A stretch of 64,000 nucleotides of DNA, taken from assembly GCA_965219095.1 (NCBI GenBank), contig CBDCMT010000001.1:224001-288000 (forward strand). The letters are read 5' to 3'. This stretch comes from Bdellovibrionales bacterium. Its GTDB lineage: Bacteria; Bdellovibrionota; Bdellovibrionia; Bdellovibrionales; UBA1609. Position 1 is the first letter of the stretch. Each line of letters begins with the position of its first letter. Made by a program: the position numbers and the translations under genes. This document shows, in pieces, positions 50,894-60,849 of this stretch. The notes beneath the pieces were generated by a model. That model was not told where the DNA came from, searched no databases, and saw nothing but the letters and a program-made list of their open reading frames with translations.

Positions 50894-51844
50894 ATGAATT
50901 GGCAAGGTTTACCTTATTACCCTATTAATCAATTTTATAAATCTTTTTTTAACCAGAAGGTGTACAAAATTCCTGTGAGCCTTTCTGAATCCTGTCCTAA
51001 TAGAGAAGGAATAAGGGGTATGAAAACTTGTATTTTTTGTGATGAATGGGGTTCCGCAGCTTACCCAGAAAACCAGAAAGAGGATCTAGAGGTTCAAATT
51101 GAAAAGAACAAAAGCACTGTGGGAAAGAGGTCTAAGGCTAAGAAGTTTTTAGTGTACTTTCAAGCTTATACAAACTCCTTTATGAAAGTTAACCATTTAA
51201 GAGAGGCCTTTAAAAAAGCTCTCAAACAGAAAAGTGTGTGTGGCTTAGTGGTAGGAACACGACCTGACTGTCTTTCTAAAGCTGTCTTAGATCTTTGGTA
51301 TGAGTTCAGTCAGAAAACAGCACTTTTTGTAGAATTAGGAGTGCAAAGTTTTGATGATAAACAACTCAAATGGATGGAAAGAGGGCACGACACAAAAACA
51401 TCTTTACGTGCCATTTCGAGAATTAGAAAGGTTTGTCCTGAAGTGAACCTAGGTGTTCATCTTATTTTTGGCTTGCCTAATGAAACAGAGTTGCAGGTTA
51501 AGAAAACAGCCCATCTTTGTTCTGAACTTGTTTTAGATAACGTCAAACTTCATAACCTCCATGTTCTAAAAAACACACCTCTTGCACACCTCTTTTACAG
51601 AGGAGAATTTGTCCCTTTAAGTTTTGAAAAATATGCCAGAAAAGTTATGATCTTCTTACAATACCTCTCAGCCGATATCCCTGTACACAGACTTGTAGCA
51701 GGGGCCCACAACAACGAACAACTCATAGCCCCTCAGTGGGTGGGATATAAAATGAAAAGCTATCAGTCTATGGTGGATTACTTGCATATCCATAAAGCCT
51801 ATCAAGGACAAAAATCCTTTTTTTCCCAAAAAGAGTTATCATGA
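50894..51844 (+). CDS. TIGR01212 radical SAM protein (YhcC/YtqA family)
   Basis: CPNREG...CIFC, YFQAYTN, GTRPDC, ELGVQS, HLIFGLP, VKLHNL; likely start MNWQGL at 50894. Confidence 0.9.
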   Translation: MNWQGLPYYPINQFYKSFFNQKVYKIPVSLSESCPNREGIRGMKTCIFCDEWGSAAYPENQKEDLEVQIEKNKSTVGKRSKAKKFLVYFQAYTNSFMKVNHLREAFKKALKQKSVCGLVVGTRPDCLSKAVLDLWYEFSQKTALFVELGVQSFDDKQLKWMERGHDTKTSLRAISRIRKVCPEVNLGVHLIFGLPNETELQVKKTAHLCSELVLDNVKLHNLHVLKNTPLAHLFYRGEFVPLSFEKYARKVMIFLQYLSADIPVHRLVAGAHNNEQLIAPQWVGYKMKSYQSMVDYLHIHKAYQGQKSFFSQKELS

Positions 51845-52482
51845 AAAATTCTAGAGAACAACTTATAACTATAGGAAAAATCTTTTATCAAAAAGGATTT
51901 TTAGTCGCCACAGATGGCAACTTTAGTTGTAAACTTGATGACAACACAGTCCTTATCACACCCTCTGGTAAAGCTAAGTACAATCTTAAAACTAAAGATT
52001 TAGTTCTTATAAATTTAGAAGGACAAACGATAAAAGGAGACACTCCTTCTAGTGAAATAGACCTTCACCTAGAAGTTTATAAAAACTGCCCTCAAGCTCT
52101 GTTTGTCTTTCATGCTCATCCCCCTAAAGCTATTAGTTGTTCTTTAATCTTTGAAAACAAACTTCCCTCTGAATATTTACCTGAAGTGATCCTTACTACA
52201 GGCGATATTCCTATTGTAGATTATGCTAAGCCGGGGACAAAAAGTATAGCAAAAAAACTAAAAGCTTACTTACCTGAAAAAAAAGTCCTTATACTTTCAC
52301 ACCATGGAGCTTTAACTTGGGGGGAGAACTTTGAAGAAGCCCATTACGGCATGGAGCGTTTAGAGCACTCAGCCTCCGTTCTTTTTGATAGTTTCCTTTT
52401 AGGAAAACCTAAACCTTTAAAAAAACAAGAAGTCAAATGGCTTTATGAAAAAAGAAAAGAAATAGGTCATAGAACTTTATGA
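51841..52482 (+). CDS. Class II aldolase/adducin family protein
   Basis: DGNFS, ITPSG, PSSEIDLH, HAHP, HHG. Confidence 0.88.
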   Translation: MKNSREQLITIGKIFYQKGFLVATDGNFSCKLDDNTVLITPSGKAKYNLKTKDLVLINLEGQTIKGDTPSSEIDLHLEVYKNCPQALFVFHAHPPKAISCSLIFENKLPSEYLPEVILTTGDIPIVDYAKPGTKSIAKKLKAYLPEKKVLILSHHGALTWGENFEEAHYGMERLEHSASVLFDSFLLGKPKPLKKQEVKWLYEKRKEIGHRTL

Positions 52483-53414
52483 AAGATTTAAAAAGCCTCT
52501 CTCTAGAAGTTAGAGACAACAAACTGTTTTTACTAGATCAAACCAAACTTCCTTATGAAGAAATTTGGTTTCAAGTATATAACTTGAGTGATTTTGCTAC
52601 AGCTGTAAAAGAACTTAAAATAAGGGGAGCTCCTCTTATAGGACTTGCAAGTGCTATTTTTGTAGCCTTGCAAAAACAAAACTCCCCTCTTGTTTTTAAA
52701 ACTTTAAAAGAGTTACGACCCACGGCCTTTAATGTCATACATGCTATGAATCAATTGTCCGAAATACCAAAAGAAAAAATTGTAGAAACTGTGGAATCCT
52801 GGTTTGAGCAAGATTGCAAAATATGCAACCAAATAGCCTATCATGGAAAAAGCCTTGTTTCGCAAGGGGATTGTGTGCTTACTTATTGTAATACAGGAGG
52901 CTTAACCTGTGCAGGCCAAGGCACAGCTCTAGGAATCATCAAAATAGCAAGTTCTTACATTCATCATGTTTATGTTCCTGAAACACGTCCTCTTTTACAA
53001 GGAGCTCGCCTTACCACTTGGGAACTCCAAAAGCACAAAATGGACTACACTCTTATTTGCGATCATACAGTTGCCTCTCTTATGGCTTCACGCAAAATCC
53101 AAAAAATTTTTGTAGGAGCTGATCGGATTGCTAAGAATGGAGATTTTGCCAATAAAATTGGAACTTACAATTTAGCCGTATTAGCACATCATCATAAAAT
53201 ACCTTTCTATATCGCAGCGCCTTTAACAACCTACGACAGCCTTTGTGCTACAGGGGAAGACATTCCAATTGAAATTCGCCCCTCTTATGAAGTTACGCTT
53301 AACAGAATGCTCTCAGTTTATAACCCTGCTTTTGATATCACTCCTCATCCTCTGATCACCGGTTGGATTACAGAAAAGGGCATATGGGATCACAAATCAT
53401 GGCTTAAACTTTAG
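52479..53414 (+). CDS. mtnA: Methylthioribose-1-phosphate isomerase
   Basis: LLDQTKLP, IRGAPLIG, RPTA, CNTG, ETRPLLQGARLT, GADRIAKNGDFANKIGT, NPAFDITP. Confidence 0.92.
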   Translation: MKDLKSLSLEVRDNKLFLLDQTKLPYEEIWFQVYNLSDFATAVKELKIRGAPLIGLASAIFVALQKQNSPLVFKTLKELRPTAFNVIHAMNQLSEIPKEKIVETVESWFEQDCKICNQIAYHGKSLVSQGDCVLTYCNTGGLTCAGQGTALGIIKIASSYIHHVYVPETRPLLQGARLTTWELQKHKMDYTLICDHTVASLMASRKIQKIFVGADRIAKNGDFANKIGTYNLAVLAHHHKIPFYIAAPLTTYDSLCATGEDIPIEIRPSYEVTLNRMLSVYNPAFDITPHPLITGWITEKGIWDHKSWLKL

Positions 53415-53644
53415 CTTTTTATCTTTTTCCTCCTACTTTGAAACAAAACAAAAGCCATAAGGGCTTCATATAGTCCCCCCGCAAGGGTTCATCTAAAATA
53501 ACCTATTAAAAAGCGACCCCTATCCCTATATAATGAGACGTAAAATGAAAAATTAGACTTGTACATTCCATTAAATTAGCTTATAGGATATTTATAGGGT
53601 GTATTTTATGCTTTTACAAAAGAAATAAGAAAGAGGAAAAGGCT

Positions 53645-54568
53645 ATGAACATCAACTTACAACAACTTGTAACCTTTTGTACTGTAATCAATGAAGGCAG
53701 TATGACAGCAGCTGCCAGCAAACTGTACCTTACACAGCCTGCTGTCAGCCAACAAATTAGAACTCTAGAAGAACATTTTGGAACTCCTCTCCTAGATAGA
53801 AGTTCAAAAAAAATAAAACCTTCCCTTCAAGGCCAGCTTCTTTTTGACTATGCTAAGAGAATTTTACAGATGACTCAAAAAGCTCAGATGGCGGTTCAAA
53901 CCATCTCCCAACGTATGTCAGGTCATTACAGCATTGCCACCACCAATTCAATCGGTCTTTTTATGCTTTCTCCTATAGTAGGACTCTTTCTCTTACACAA
54001 TGACCAATTACACCTACGTCTCAATTATGGACCACCTAATACCTGTATAGAAAAACTTAAAAATCAAAATGTAGATCTAGCCATCCTTCCTGATCTTTCT
54101 AAAGAATTCCCTGAAATTCACCTTCCTGGATATGGAAGCCAACTTATTATAAAAGATCACATGTGGCTAACATGTTCTGGAAAACTAACAGGCCTTCCTA
54201 AAGAGATCCAATTTTACGAATTAAATAAAAAACCCCTTGTTTTCTACTCAGAAGCCTACCCTTCATTTAAAAGACAGTTCATAAAACTTTACCAAAAACA
54301 TTCTCTAGAATTTAAACCTATTTTCGAATCTGACAATGTAGGTACTCTAAAAAGAGCCATAGAAGCAGGCTTGGGATGGGGTTTTTTGCCAAGCCACTCT
54401 GTAGAAAAACAAATCCGCTCAGGAAGACTTTTAAAACTTGATGTAAGTGACTTCAGCTATTCCATGGAATTAAAGCTTTATTACAAGGCCAATGAAAAAT
54501 GCCAAAAAATGGCTGAAATCTTCTATAGAGCTCTTACTCAAAAAGTTCAAAAATCTTTGATGGCTTAG
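53645..54568 (+). CDS. LysR-family transcriptional regulator
   Basis: GSMTAAASKLYLTQPAVSQQIRTLEE. Confidence 0.93.
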   Translation: MNINLQQLVTFCTVINEGSMTAAASKLYLTQPAVSQQIRTLEEHFGTPLLDRSSKKIKPSLQGQLLFDYAKRILQMTQKAQMAVQTISQRMSGHYSIATTNSIGLFMLSPIVGLFLLHNDQLHLRLNYGPPNTCIEKLKNQNVDLAILPDLSKEFPEIHLPGYGSQLIIKDHMWLTCSGKLTGLPKEIQFYELNKKPLVFYSEAYPSFKRQFIKLYQKHSLEFKPIFESDNVGTLKRAIEAGLGWGFLPSHSVEKQIRSGRLLKLDVSDFSYSMELKLYYKANEKCQKMAEIFYRALTQKVQKSLMA

Positions 54569-54571
54569 ATT

Positions 54572-56122
54572 TTAAAAGAACTCATCTATAGGTTTCATAG
54601 TTACGGATCCTATGGAGCGTAAATCGTCTTCTAAACTTTTCGGGCCATAGACAAAAACTTTAAGCTCTTTAGGGTGAAGGTATTTTCTAAACAATTCATT
54701 AAGCTGTCTAGCGTCAAAAGAATCAACATAATCTAAATATTTATAAAAAATCCTCTTATCTTCAAACCAACCTTCACCTGATTCAAGGTGCAAAACATTT
54801 TCAGCAAAAGCTCCTAAATTTTCTACTAAACTCAAGGCAAGAATTACAAACATACGATTTCTAGCAGATTGAAATTGATCCTCTGTAATTCCTTTTTTTC
54901 GTCCTTCCCTGAGAGTTTTAAGAACTTCAGTGATCATAGATTTTACGTTCTTTTCCTTATTTGCTGTATATGTCACAATAGAAAAGTCAGAAGAAATGTG
55001 CCTAGAAAAAAGCATACGAGAACCAATATGATAAGTAAGCCCCATGACTTCTCTAATTTGACCCATTAAAAGAGAATCACCTCCCGACAAGTACCTGTTA
55101 AGTAAAGAAAGTCCAACCTTATCTCTGTCAGAAGGCTCATCTTTGAGTTCCCAAAGTCTATGAGAAAAAGTAAAATAACTTTGTACTAAGGATTTATCAC
55201 CATAAATAAAGAAAATCTTAGGCTTTATATTCTCTGTACTTTCTGTTCTAAAAGTTTGAAGAGACCTTCTAGAAACTTTCTTCGCTATTTTTAATTTATT
55301 TTTCTGAATAGCTTTGTACTTCACTATCTTTGAATAGTTTTCTACCATACTCTTTAAAGAAACATCTATCACTTCCAATAAACCATCTTTAGAATGAGGG
55401 CTTATTAAACTCAAAGAAAGCTTATTTAAAGTGATGTTTTTTAAATGGAAGTTTTTTAAACTTTTTAAGGTTATATTTTTGATATCATTTTTCTGTCCCA
55501 TAGGTAAATGAGCGTATTGAGGATAATCTTCTCCATAATACCAAGCATTCCAAGCTATATCTTTTGCTGAACTAGGATCTTTTCTTTTCCCACTCAAAGC
55601 TTCGAGAAGACGTGCTTTTTCTCTATCAAAAACTTCTTTTGAAAAATGTGGATTGATGAGAGGACTCAAACACAAACGAAGTGCTTCTAATTCAAAGACG
55701 GAAATAGTAGAACAAGAGAAGCTAATGGTGGTCTTATCTACAGAAACAGACAAACTCATACCCAACTCTTGTTTTTTTTCTTCAAAGGCTAAATCCACAG
55801 CCTCTTTTGAACCTGTATTTAACATCTTCGTAAGCAAATAACTCATACCCTTTTGATGAGGAGGATCATCCTTTGAGCCTATTTTTATAAGACCGAACAT
55901 TTGAAAATAAGAAAGTTTTTTTTCTTTGAAATAAAGAACCTTGACTTGATCCATCACAAAGCTTACTTCGTAAGGAGGAAGAATCAGTAATGGCTCAGAC
56001 CTTTCTGTACCAGATTTTTCTTTTTGATGAGATTTACTTTTCAAAAAACTATCTTCTGTTTTTTTATTTGAAGTACAACTTAAAAAAATAAAAAAAGCTA
56101 AAAAAACTACAAACCATTTCAT
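54572..56122 (-). CDS. M16 peptidase non-catalytic subunit, lipoprotein
   Basis: Lipobox FLSC; GSKDDP..GMSYLL with no HxxEH; IREVMGLTY. Confidence 0.8.
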   Translation of the reverse strand: MKWFVVFLAFFIFLSCTSNKKTEDSFLKSKSHQKEKSGTERSEPLLILPPYEVSFVMDQVKVLYFKEKKLSYFQMFGLIKIGSKDDPPHQKGMSYLLTKMLNTGSKEAVDLAFEEKKQELGMSLSVSVDKTTISFSCSTISVFELEALRLCLSPLINPHFSKEVFDREKARLLEALSGKRKDPSSAKDIAWNAWYYGEDYPQYAHLPMGQKNDIKNITLKSLKNFHLKNITLNKLSLSLISPHSKDGLLEVIDVSLKSMVENYSKIVKYKAIQKNKLKIAKKVSRRSLQTFRTESTENIKPKIFFIYGDKSLVQSYFTFSHRLWELKDEPSDRDKVGLSLLNRYLSGGDSLLMGQIREVMGLTYHIGSRMLFSRHISSDFSIVTYTANKEKNVKSMITEVLKTLREGRKKGITEDQFQSARNRMFVILALSLVENLGAFAENVLHLESGEGWFEDKRIFYKYLDYVDSFDARQLNELFRKYLHPKELKVFVYGPKSLEDDLRSIGSVTMKPIDEFF

Positions 56123-56137
56123 AACAACTCTCCTTTC

Positions 56138-57526
56138 TTATAGTGCTTTATCATCATGAGGCAGAAAGACAGCCACTGATTGTCTTGGTTTTTTTAAATA
56201 CTTTTTGCTGACTTCAAGAATTTGCTCTTTTGTGACAGCCTGCCACTGATTTTCTATTTCAAAGGGTTTTTTATAATCTCCATACAAAGTCTCATAACTA
56301 CCAAACATTTTAGCGATATCACTTACAACTTGAAAAGAACTAATAAAATTTCTATAAGACTTAATTTTTAAGTTTCTTAATTGTTTATCATCAATTCCCT
56401 TTTTTTGAAAGATTTCGATCTCACGATCAACTAACTCTATAGCTCTCTCATAAGACTCCCCTTTTTTAAGAGCCACATTCACCAAAAAAACTCCTGCTTT
56501 TTGATATTCTAAAACCACTACATCGACTGACAAAGCTGTTTTTTCTTTTCTAACCAGAACATCATAGAGAAGTTTTTTACCACCTAGAATCATAGATAAA
56601 AGCCCTAAGGCTGGGGAATCTTTGTGATTGATTTCGTATATAGGGTAAGATATTTGAATCATAGGATAGGGTGCCTTAATGTGATGTTTCACACGAAGAG
56701 GATCACCTTTTATCTTATAATCTTTTAAATCATAACTTGAACCTGTTCGATAATCTGTTATTTTTTTTATTTTTGACTCATCATTTTTAATTACACCATA
56801 GTATTTTTGAATCCACGATTTCACCTCAGCCTTCTCAAAATGACCTGCTATAACAAGTACAGAATTATAAGGGTAATAGTATTCATCATAAAAACCTTTC
56901 ACATCATCTTTATTAAGACCTGCAATCTCTGACTGCGTCCCAATCAAGGTCCAGGAATAAGGAAGGTACAGAGTTTGAAACGCAGTCTCTCTACAAAACT
57001 CAAAAAAAGCTCCTTTTATATTATCATCTCTTCTTAACTTTCTTTCTGATTTAATTGCATTTTTTTCTAATTCAAAAATCTCTTTACGAAAATTAGCATG
57101 CCTCATACGATCAGCTTCTATTCTTAAAGCATCCTCTAAAAAATATTTAGGCAACAAAACATAATAATTAGTGCGATCAAAACCTGTTGTAGCATTTGCT
57201 ATAGCTCCCCATTTTTTGGAATAAAACTTATAAGGCTCATGTTTTTCTGTTCCACGAAACAACAAATGCTCTAAAAAGTGAGCTAAGCCTGTTTTACCTT
57301 TTTTTTCCTGACGTGCTCCTGCTCTATACCACTGATAAAGTATGGCAATAGGAATAGATTTATCTTGATAAAGAAGAACCGTCATTCCATTAGAAAGCTT
57401 GTATTTTTCCACTTTAAAGGCCTTAGGATCTAATTGAGGAAACCTCAAATCCTTAGAAAAAGCTTGTGTATTAAGTAAAATAAACCCTAAAACATATAAC
57501 AATAAGTATTTACAATTCGTTTTCAT
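56138..57526 (-). CDS. M16 zinc peptidase catalytic subunit
   Basis: Signal peptide; LSNGMTV; GLAHFLEHLLFRGT; NATTGFDRTNY. Confidence 0.92.
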   Translation of the reverse strand: MKTNCKYLLLYVLGFILLNTQAFSKDLRFPQLDPKAFKVEKYKLSNGMTVLLYQDKSIPIAILYQWYRAGARQEKKGKTGLAHFLEHLLFRGTEKHEPYKFYSKKWGAIANATTGFDRTNYYVLLPKYFLEDALRIEADRMRHANFRKEIFELEKNAIKSERKLRRDDNIKGAFFEFCRETAFQTLYLPYSWTLIGTQSEIAGLNKDDVKGFYDEYYYPYNSVLVIAGHFEKAEVKSWIQKYYGVIKNDESKIKKITDYRTGSSYDLKDYKIKGDPLRVKHHIKAPYPMIQISYPIYEINHKDSPALGLLSMILGGKKLLYDVLVRKEKTALSVDVVVLEYQKAGVFLVNVALKKGESYERAIELVDREIEIFQKKGIDDKQLRNLKIKSYRNFISSFQVVSDIAKMFGSYETLYGDYKKPFEIENQWQAVTKEQILEVSKKYLKKPRQSVAVFLPHDDKAL

Positions 57527-57541
57527 AATCTGAAACCCCTT

Positions 57542-58267
57542 TTAGTGAAAGTGTGTTTTTTTTGGTTTTTCATTATCTACCACAATTTTAAAGGATTTTT
57601 TTGATTTTTTAAAGCACTTTAGAGAAAATAAACCCCTTAGCCGAGGAAGTATATAGAAATAAAAAAAGGCTGACAAAATACCTCCTAGATGGGCGGCATA
57701 AGCAACTTGAGAACGATTTCCGCTTTCAATCAACATAACTAACTCAATCCCTGTTAAAAGAAGAGCAAAATGCCAGGCTCTCATAGGAAAAATCATCATA
57801 AAATATACCGTCTGGTTCCTAAAGATAAAGCCAAACGCTATAATAAGACCAAAAATAGCTCCACTAGCCCCTATCAATGGCCTGAAAAAAGAGTCCGTAT
57901 TGTTTGTAAGCAAATAATAACCAAGTACATAAAGAAAATAAAGCACCGAAGCTCCTAAAGCACAGAAGAGGTAGTAGGTAAGAAACTTTCTTGATCCCCA
58001 AAAACCCTCCAGTTGCACTCCAAACATCCAAAGACAAAACATATTAAATAAAATATGAAGCACATCAGGAGAATGTAAAAAGCTATAAGTTATAAATTGC
58101 CATATAGCTGAATAGCTCAAAACAACTGAGGGGGAAAAGCCAAACCACTTAAAAATAAAGGGGCTTAAGCTTTTTCCTATTAAGACAAAAACAAACCAAA
58201 TGACAACATTGATTAAAATTAATTTCTGAACCACAGGTGTGATAGTAGAAGCTCCAAAAGCTCTCAT
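57542..58267 (-). CDS. Rhomboid intramembrane serine protease
   Basis: WQFITYSFLH, HILFNM, IGASG, AHLGG. Confidence 0.92.
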   Translation of the reverse strand: MRAFGASTITPVVQKLILINVVIWFVFVLIGKSLSPFIFKWFGFSPSVVLSYSAIWQFITYSFLHSPDVLHILFNMFCLWMFGVQLEGFWGSRKFLTYYLFCALGASVLYFLYVLGYYLLTNNTDSFFRPLIGASGAIFGLIIAFGFIFRNQTVYFMMIFPMRAWHFALLLTGIELVMLIESGNRSQVAYAAHLGGILSAFFYFYILPRLRGLFSLKCFKKSKKSFKIVVDNEKPKKTHFH

Positions 58268-59238
58268 AAAACTCCAGGCATAAGATAAAGTGGAACAGCT
58301 GTGATATGATTTTTACGAAAGGAAAATTTATTTTCAATTTTTTTCAGCCATTGAGACAGAGAGCTTAGCCCCTCAGAAGACTCAAAAAACTCCCAAAAAA
58401 CTTCTTTTTTCAATTTAGGCTCAAACAAAGAAGGCTCCTTACCCAATTTAGAAAGTTTTCCAATCAACTTTACTCCATCTGTATAGGTTCCCAACTTATC
58501 AATCAAACCATACTTTAAAGCTTTTTCACCTATAAAAATACTTCCATCAGAAAATGTTTTTACAGTCTTCAAAGACATCTTCCTGCCCTCTGCAATATGA
58601 TTTTGAAATTGCTCAAGACTTTGATCTAAAAGATCTTGAAAAAAAGCTTTTTCTTCATCAGTCATAGGTCTATAGTCTGCTCCTGAATCCTTAAACTTAC
58701 CTGTAGTGATGCTATATCTTTTAATTTTAGCCCAAGTGTAAAGCTTCTCTAAATTAGTAAAAGAAGCTATCACCCCTATAGAGCCTAATAAAGCACCTGG
58801 TGTGGCCACAATTTGACTCGCACCCATAGCAGTATAAAAAGCTCCGCTCGCAGCTAAATTTTGAACAAAAACCACAATAGGTTTTTTAAGTTCATCTCGA
58901 ATTCTTTTTAACTCCAAATAAATCTCCTGACTGGTTCCCACCACCCCTCCAGGAGAGTTAATCTCTATAAAAACTCCTTTGATTTTCTTATTTTTAGAGT
59001 ATTTTCTTAAACTCTCCAAAAAAAACTCATTCTTATAAATAAAGCCATTTAACTTTAAATGCAAAATGCGATCTTTGTTAAACGAACCTTTGTTGGAACG
59101 AAAGGAAGGAGCTATAGATGACCCTACCATTTTAAAGGTTGCCGAACTTACAATAAAAATAAAAATGAAAAACAAAATCATACCAATATAAAAAACAACT
59201 CCCCCTGAAATCAAAAACATCTTAAAAAAACCTTTCAT
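58264..59238 (-). CDS. sppA: Signal peptide peptidase SppA (36K type)
   Basis: INSPGG, AASGAFY, GSIGV, GKFKD. Confidence 0.92.
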   Translation of the reverse strand: MKGFFKMFLISGGVVFYIGMILFFIFIFIVSSATFKMVGSSIAPSFRSNKGSFNKDRILHLKLNGFIYKNEFFLESLRKYSKNKKIKGVFIEINSPGGVVGTSQEIYLELKRIRDELKKPIVVFVQNLAASGAFYTAMGASQIVATPGALLGSIGVIASFTNLEKLYTWAKIKRYSITTGKFKDSGADYRPMTDEEKAFFQDLLDQSLEQFQNHIAEGRKMSLKTVKTFSDGSIFIGEKALKYGLIDKLGTYTDGVKLIGKLSKLGKEPSLFEPKLKKEVFWEFFESSEGLSSLSQWLKKIENKFSFRKNHITAVPLYLMPGVL

Positions 59239-59464
59239 AACACCCCTTTAGTACTTCTTTCATGAAATTATATGATTCTTGTTTTTCAAATTCAAAAATA
59301 ACGAAAAAAATTCTTCTTGTCACCTAAGAAAGCTCTCGTGTTTCTAAAATAAAATGTTGTTTTAAGAAAACTGGACTATAGTCTACCCTATTTGAAATCT
59401 GAGGCTTTGTTTTTTTTTAGAACGGATAATCTTTTTTTTAAACTCTTTGACATTACAAAAACTA

Positions 59465-60419
59465 TGTCAGATTAAATTGCAATTATACCATTTCCAAAAA
59501 TTAATTCGACATTTTTTTAACGCATAGAGTCATGGCTTTTTAATCAAACTCTGTTAAATTTTTAGAGTGTCAAGTCCTGGTTACAGTCTTTTGTAGACTT
59601 TGATTACGAGGGATTGATAGATCGAGAAGGCAGAGGAGGCAAGCCTCGTTTGCCAGTGACAGAAGAAGAGAACTTCAAAATCAAGTTAGATGAAATTCAA
59701 GACAAAAGAGAAGGAGGAAGCATAGGAGCAAAGGGAATACAGGAACTTTTAGCAGATGAATTGTGATAGTTGCTATTCTCTTTTTGGGGTTTATGTTCTT
59801 TTAGATCGCCTTAATATTGTATGGATCAGTGATTGCTGTTAAGAAACCGACTTACGTTATGGTTCCTCCAGGGTGTATAGGGAATTAAAGCGTTGCGGAG
59901 TGAGTGCTGGAGAAAACAAAGTAGCTCGAATTATGAAACTAAAGAATCTCAGTGCCCGTCAGAAAAAATCCTATGTTCCTAGAACAACAAAGAATAACCC
60001 TCTCATGATTAAGTCTCCTCGGTTGTTTAAGACAGGACAGAGCCAAGCAGGAAAAGAAAACCAGGTATGGTGTTCGGATTTAACCTATATTCCTTTTAGA
60101 GATAAATTTCTGTATTTGGTTGTATTTTTAGATGTCTATAGTGCTTCCGCTTAGGTTTTCCGTTTTTTTTTGAGTTGAGGTCTAGTTTTTATTCTAAGGC
60201 CTTGATAAAAAGTCATTTATTTTTAAAAATAGTTTCATATGTCAGGGTTTCTATCAAAAAAAGAGCGAAAAGATTTACTCTATGAACTATCTCTAGAGAA
60301 AAATCTTAAATACGCAAAAAGGATTATGACAATTCTCCATTTAGATAAAGTGATCTTCCCCCAAAAAAGTGGACAGTTTTTATGTTCTTAAAGTGTAATA
60401 GTCGCAACTTAATCTGACA
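59465..60419. mobile_element. Stack of IS fragments
   Basis: IS481-type end 59465; IS630-B 59486-59830; dispersed motif 59835-59855; IS3 orfB 59856-60138; IS630-A 60137-60350; IS3 IR 60351-60393; IS481-type IR 60394-60419. Confidence 0.8.
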
Positions 60420-60690
60420 CGTCTCGAAATGTCAAAGAGATGAAAAGAAAAGGCATAAAAGTTAAGAAGAAAGTAGCACGTTTTATTTTTGAAAAAAGCT
60501 AATCAAAGCCCTTATAGTAAGAAGGTAAAACCAAAAGACCTTGTTAAAAAATCCATCTCTCTTATCATTGATGAACACCTTTTTGAACTAAAAAACGCAA
60601 CACTTTCAAATCATTTCTTTCCTCTCAAACCTATGAAAAACTTAAGTTCAAACTTTTTAAATTCTCTAAAAAACTAAAATAAGTTTATAG

Positions 60691-60827
60691 AGGCCTTAGA
60701 ATAAAAACTAGACCTTAACTCAAAAAAACGGGAAATTTAAACGGAAGCACTATATAGTGAATACGCTTAGATTTTCCTGTCGATCTCTTTAAAGAAAAAA
60801 CCTGAAAATCTAAACGAAAGCACTATA
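60691..60827. mobile_element. IS630-A left-end remnant abutting a 71-bp IS630-A MITE (60755-60825)
   Basis: GCACTA-TA-TAGTGAATACGCTTAGATTTTC...GAAAATCTAAACGAAAGCACTA-TA. Confidence 0.75.
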
Positions 60828-60849
60828 TACGCATATCAATAACTCATAT

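Noticed and set aside
50771..50905. 135-bp overlap of divergent genes
   Set aside because: Disappears with starts at 50860 and 50894
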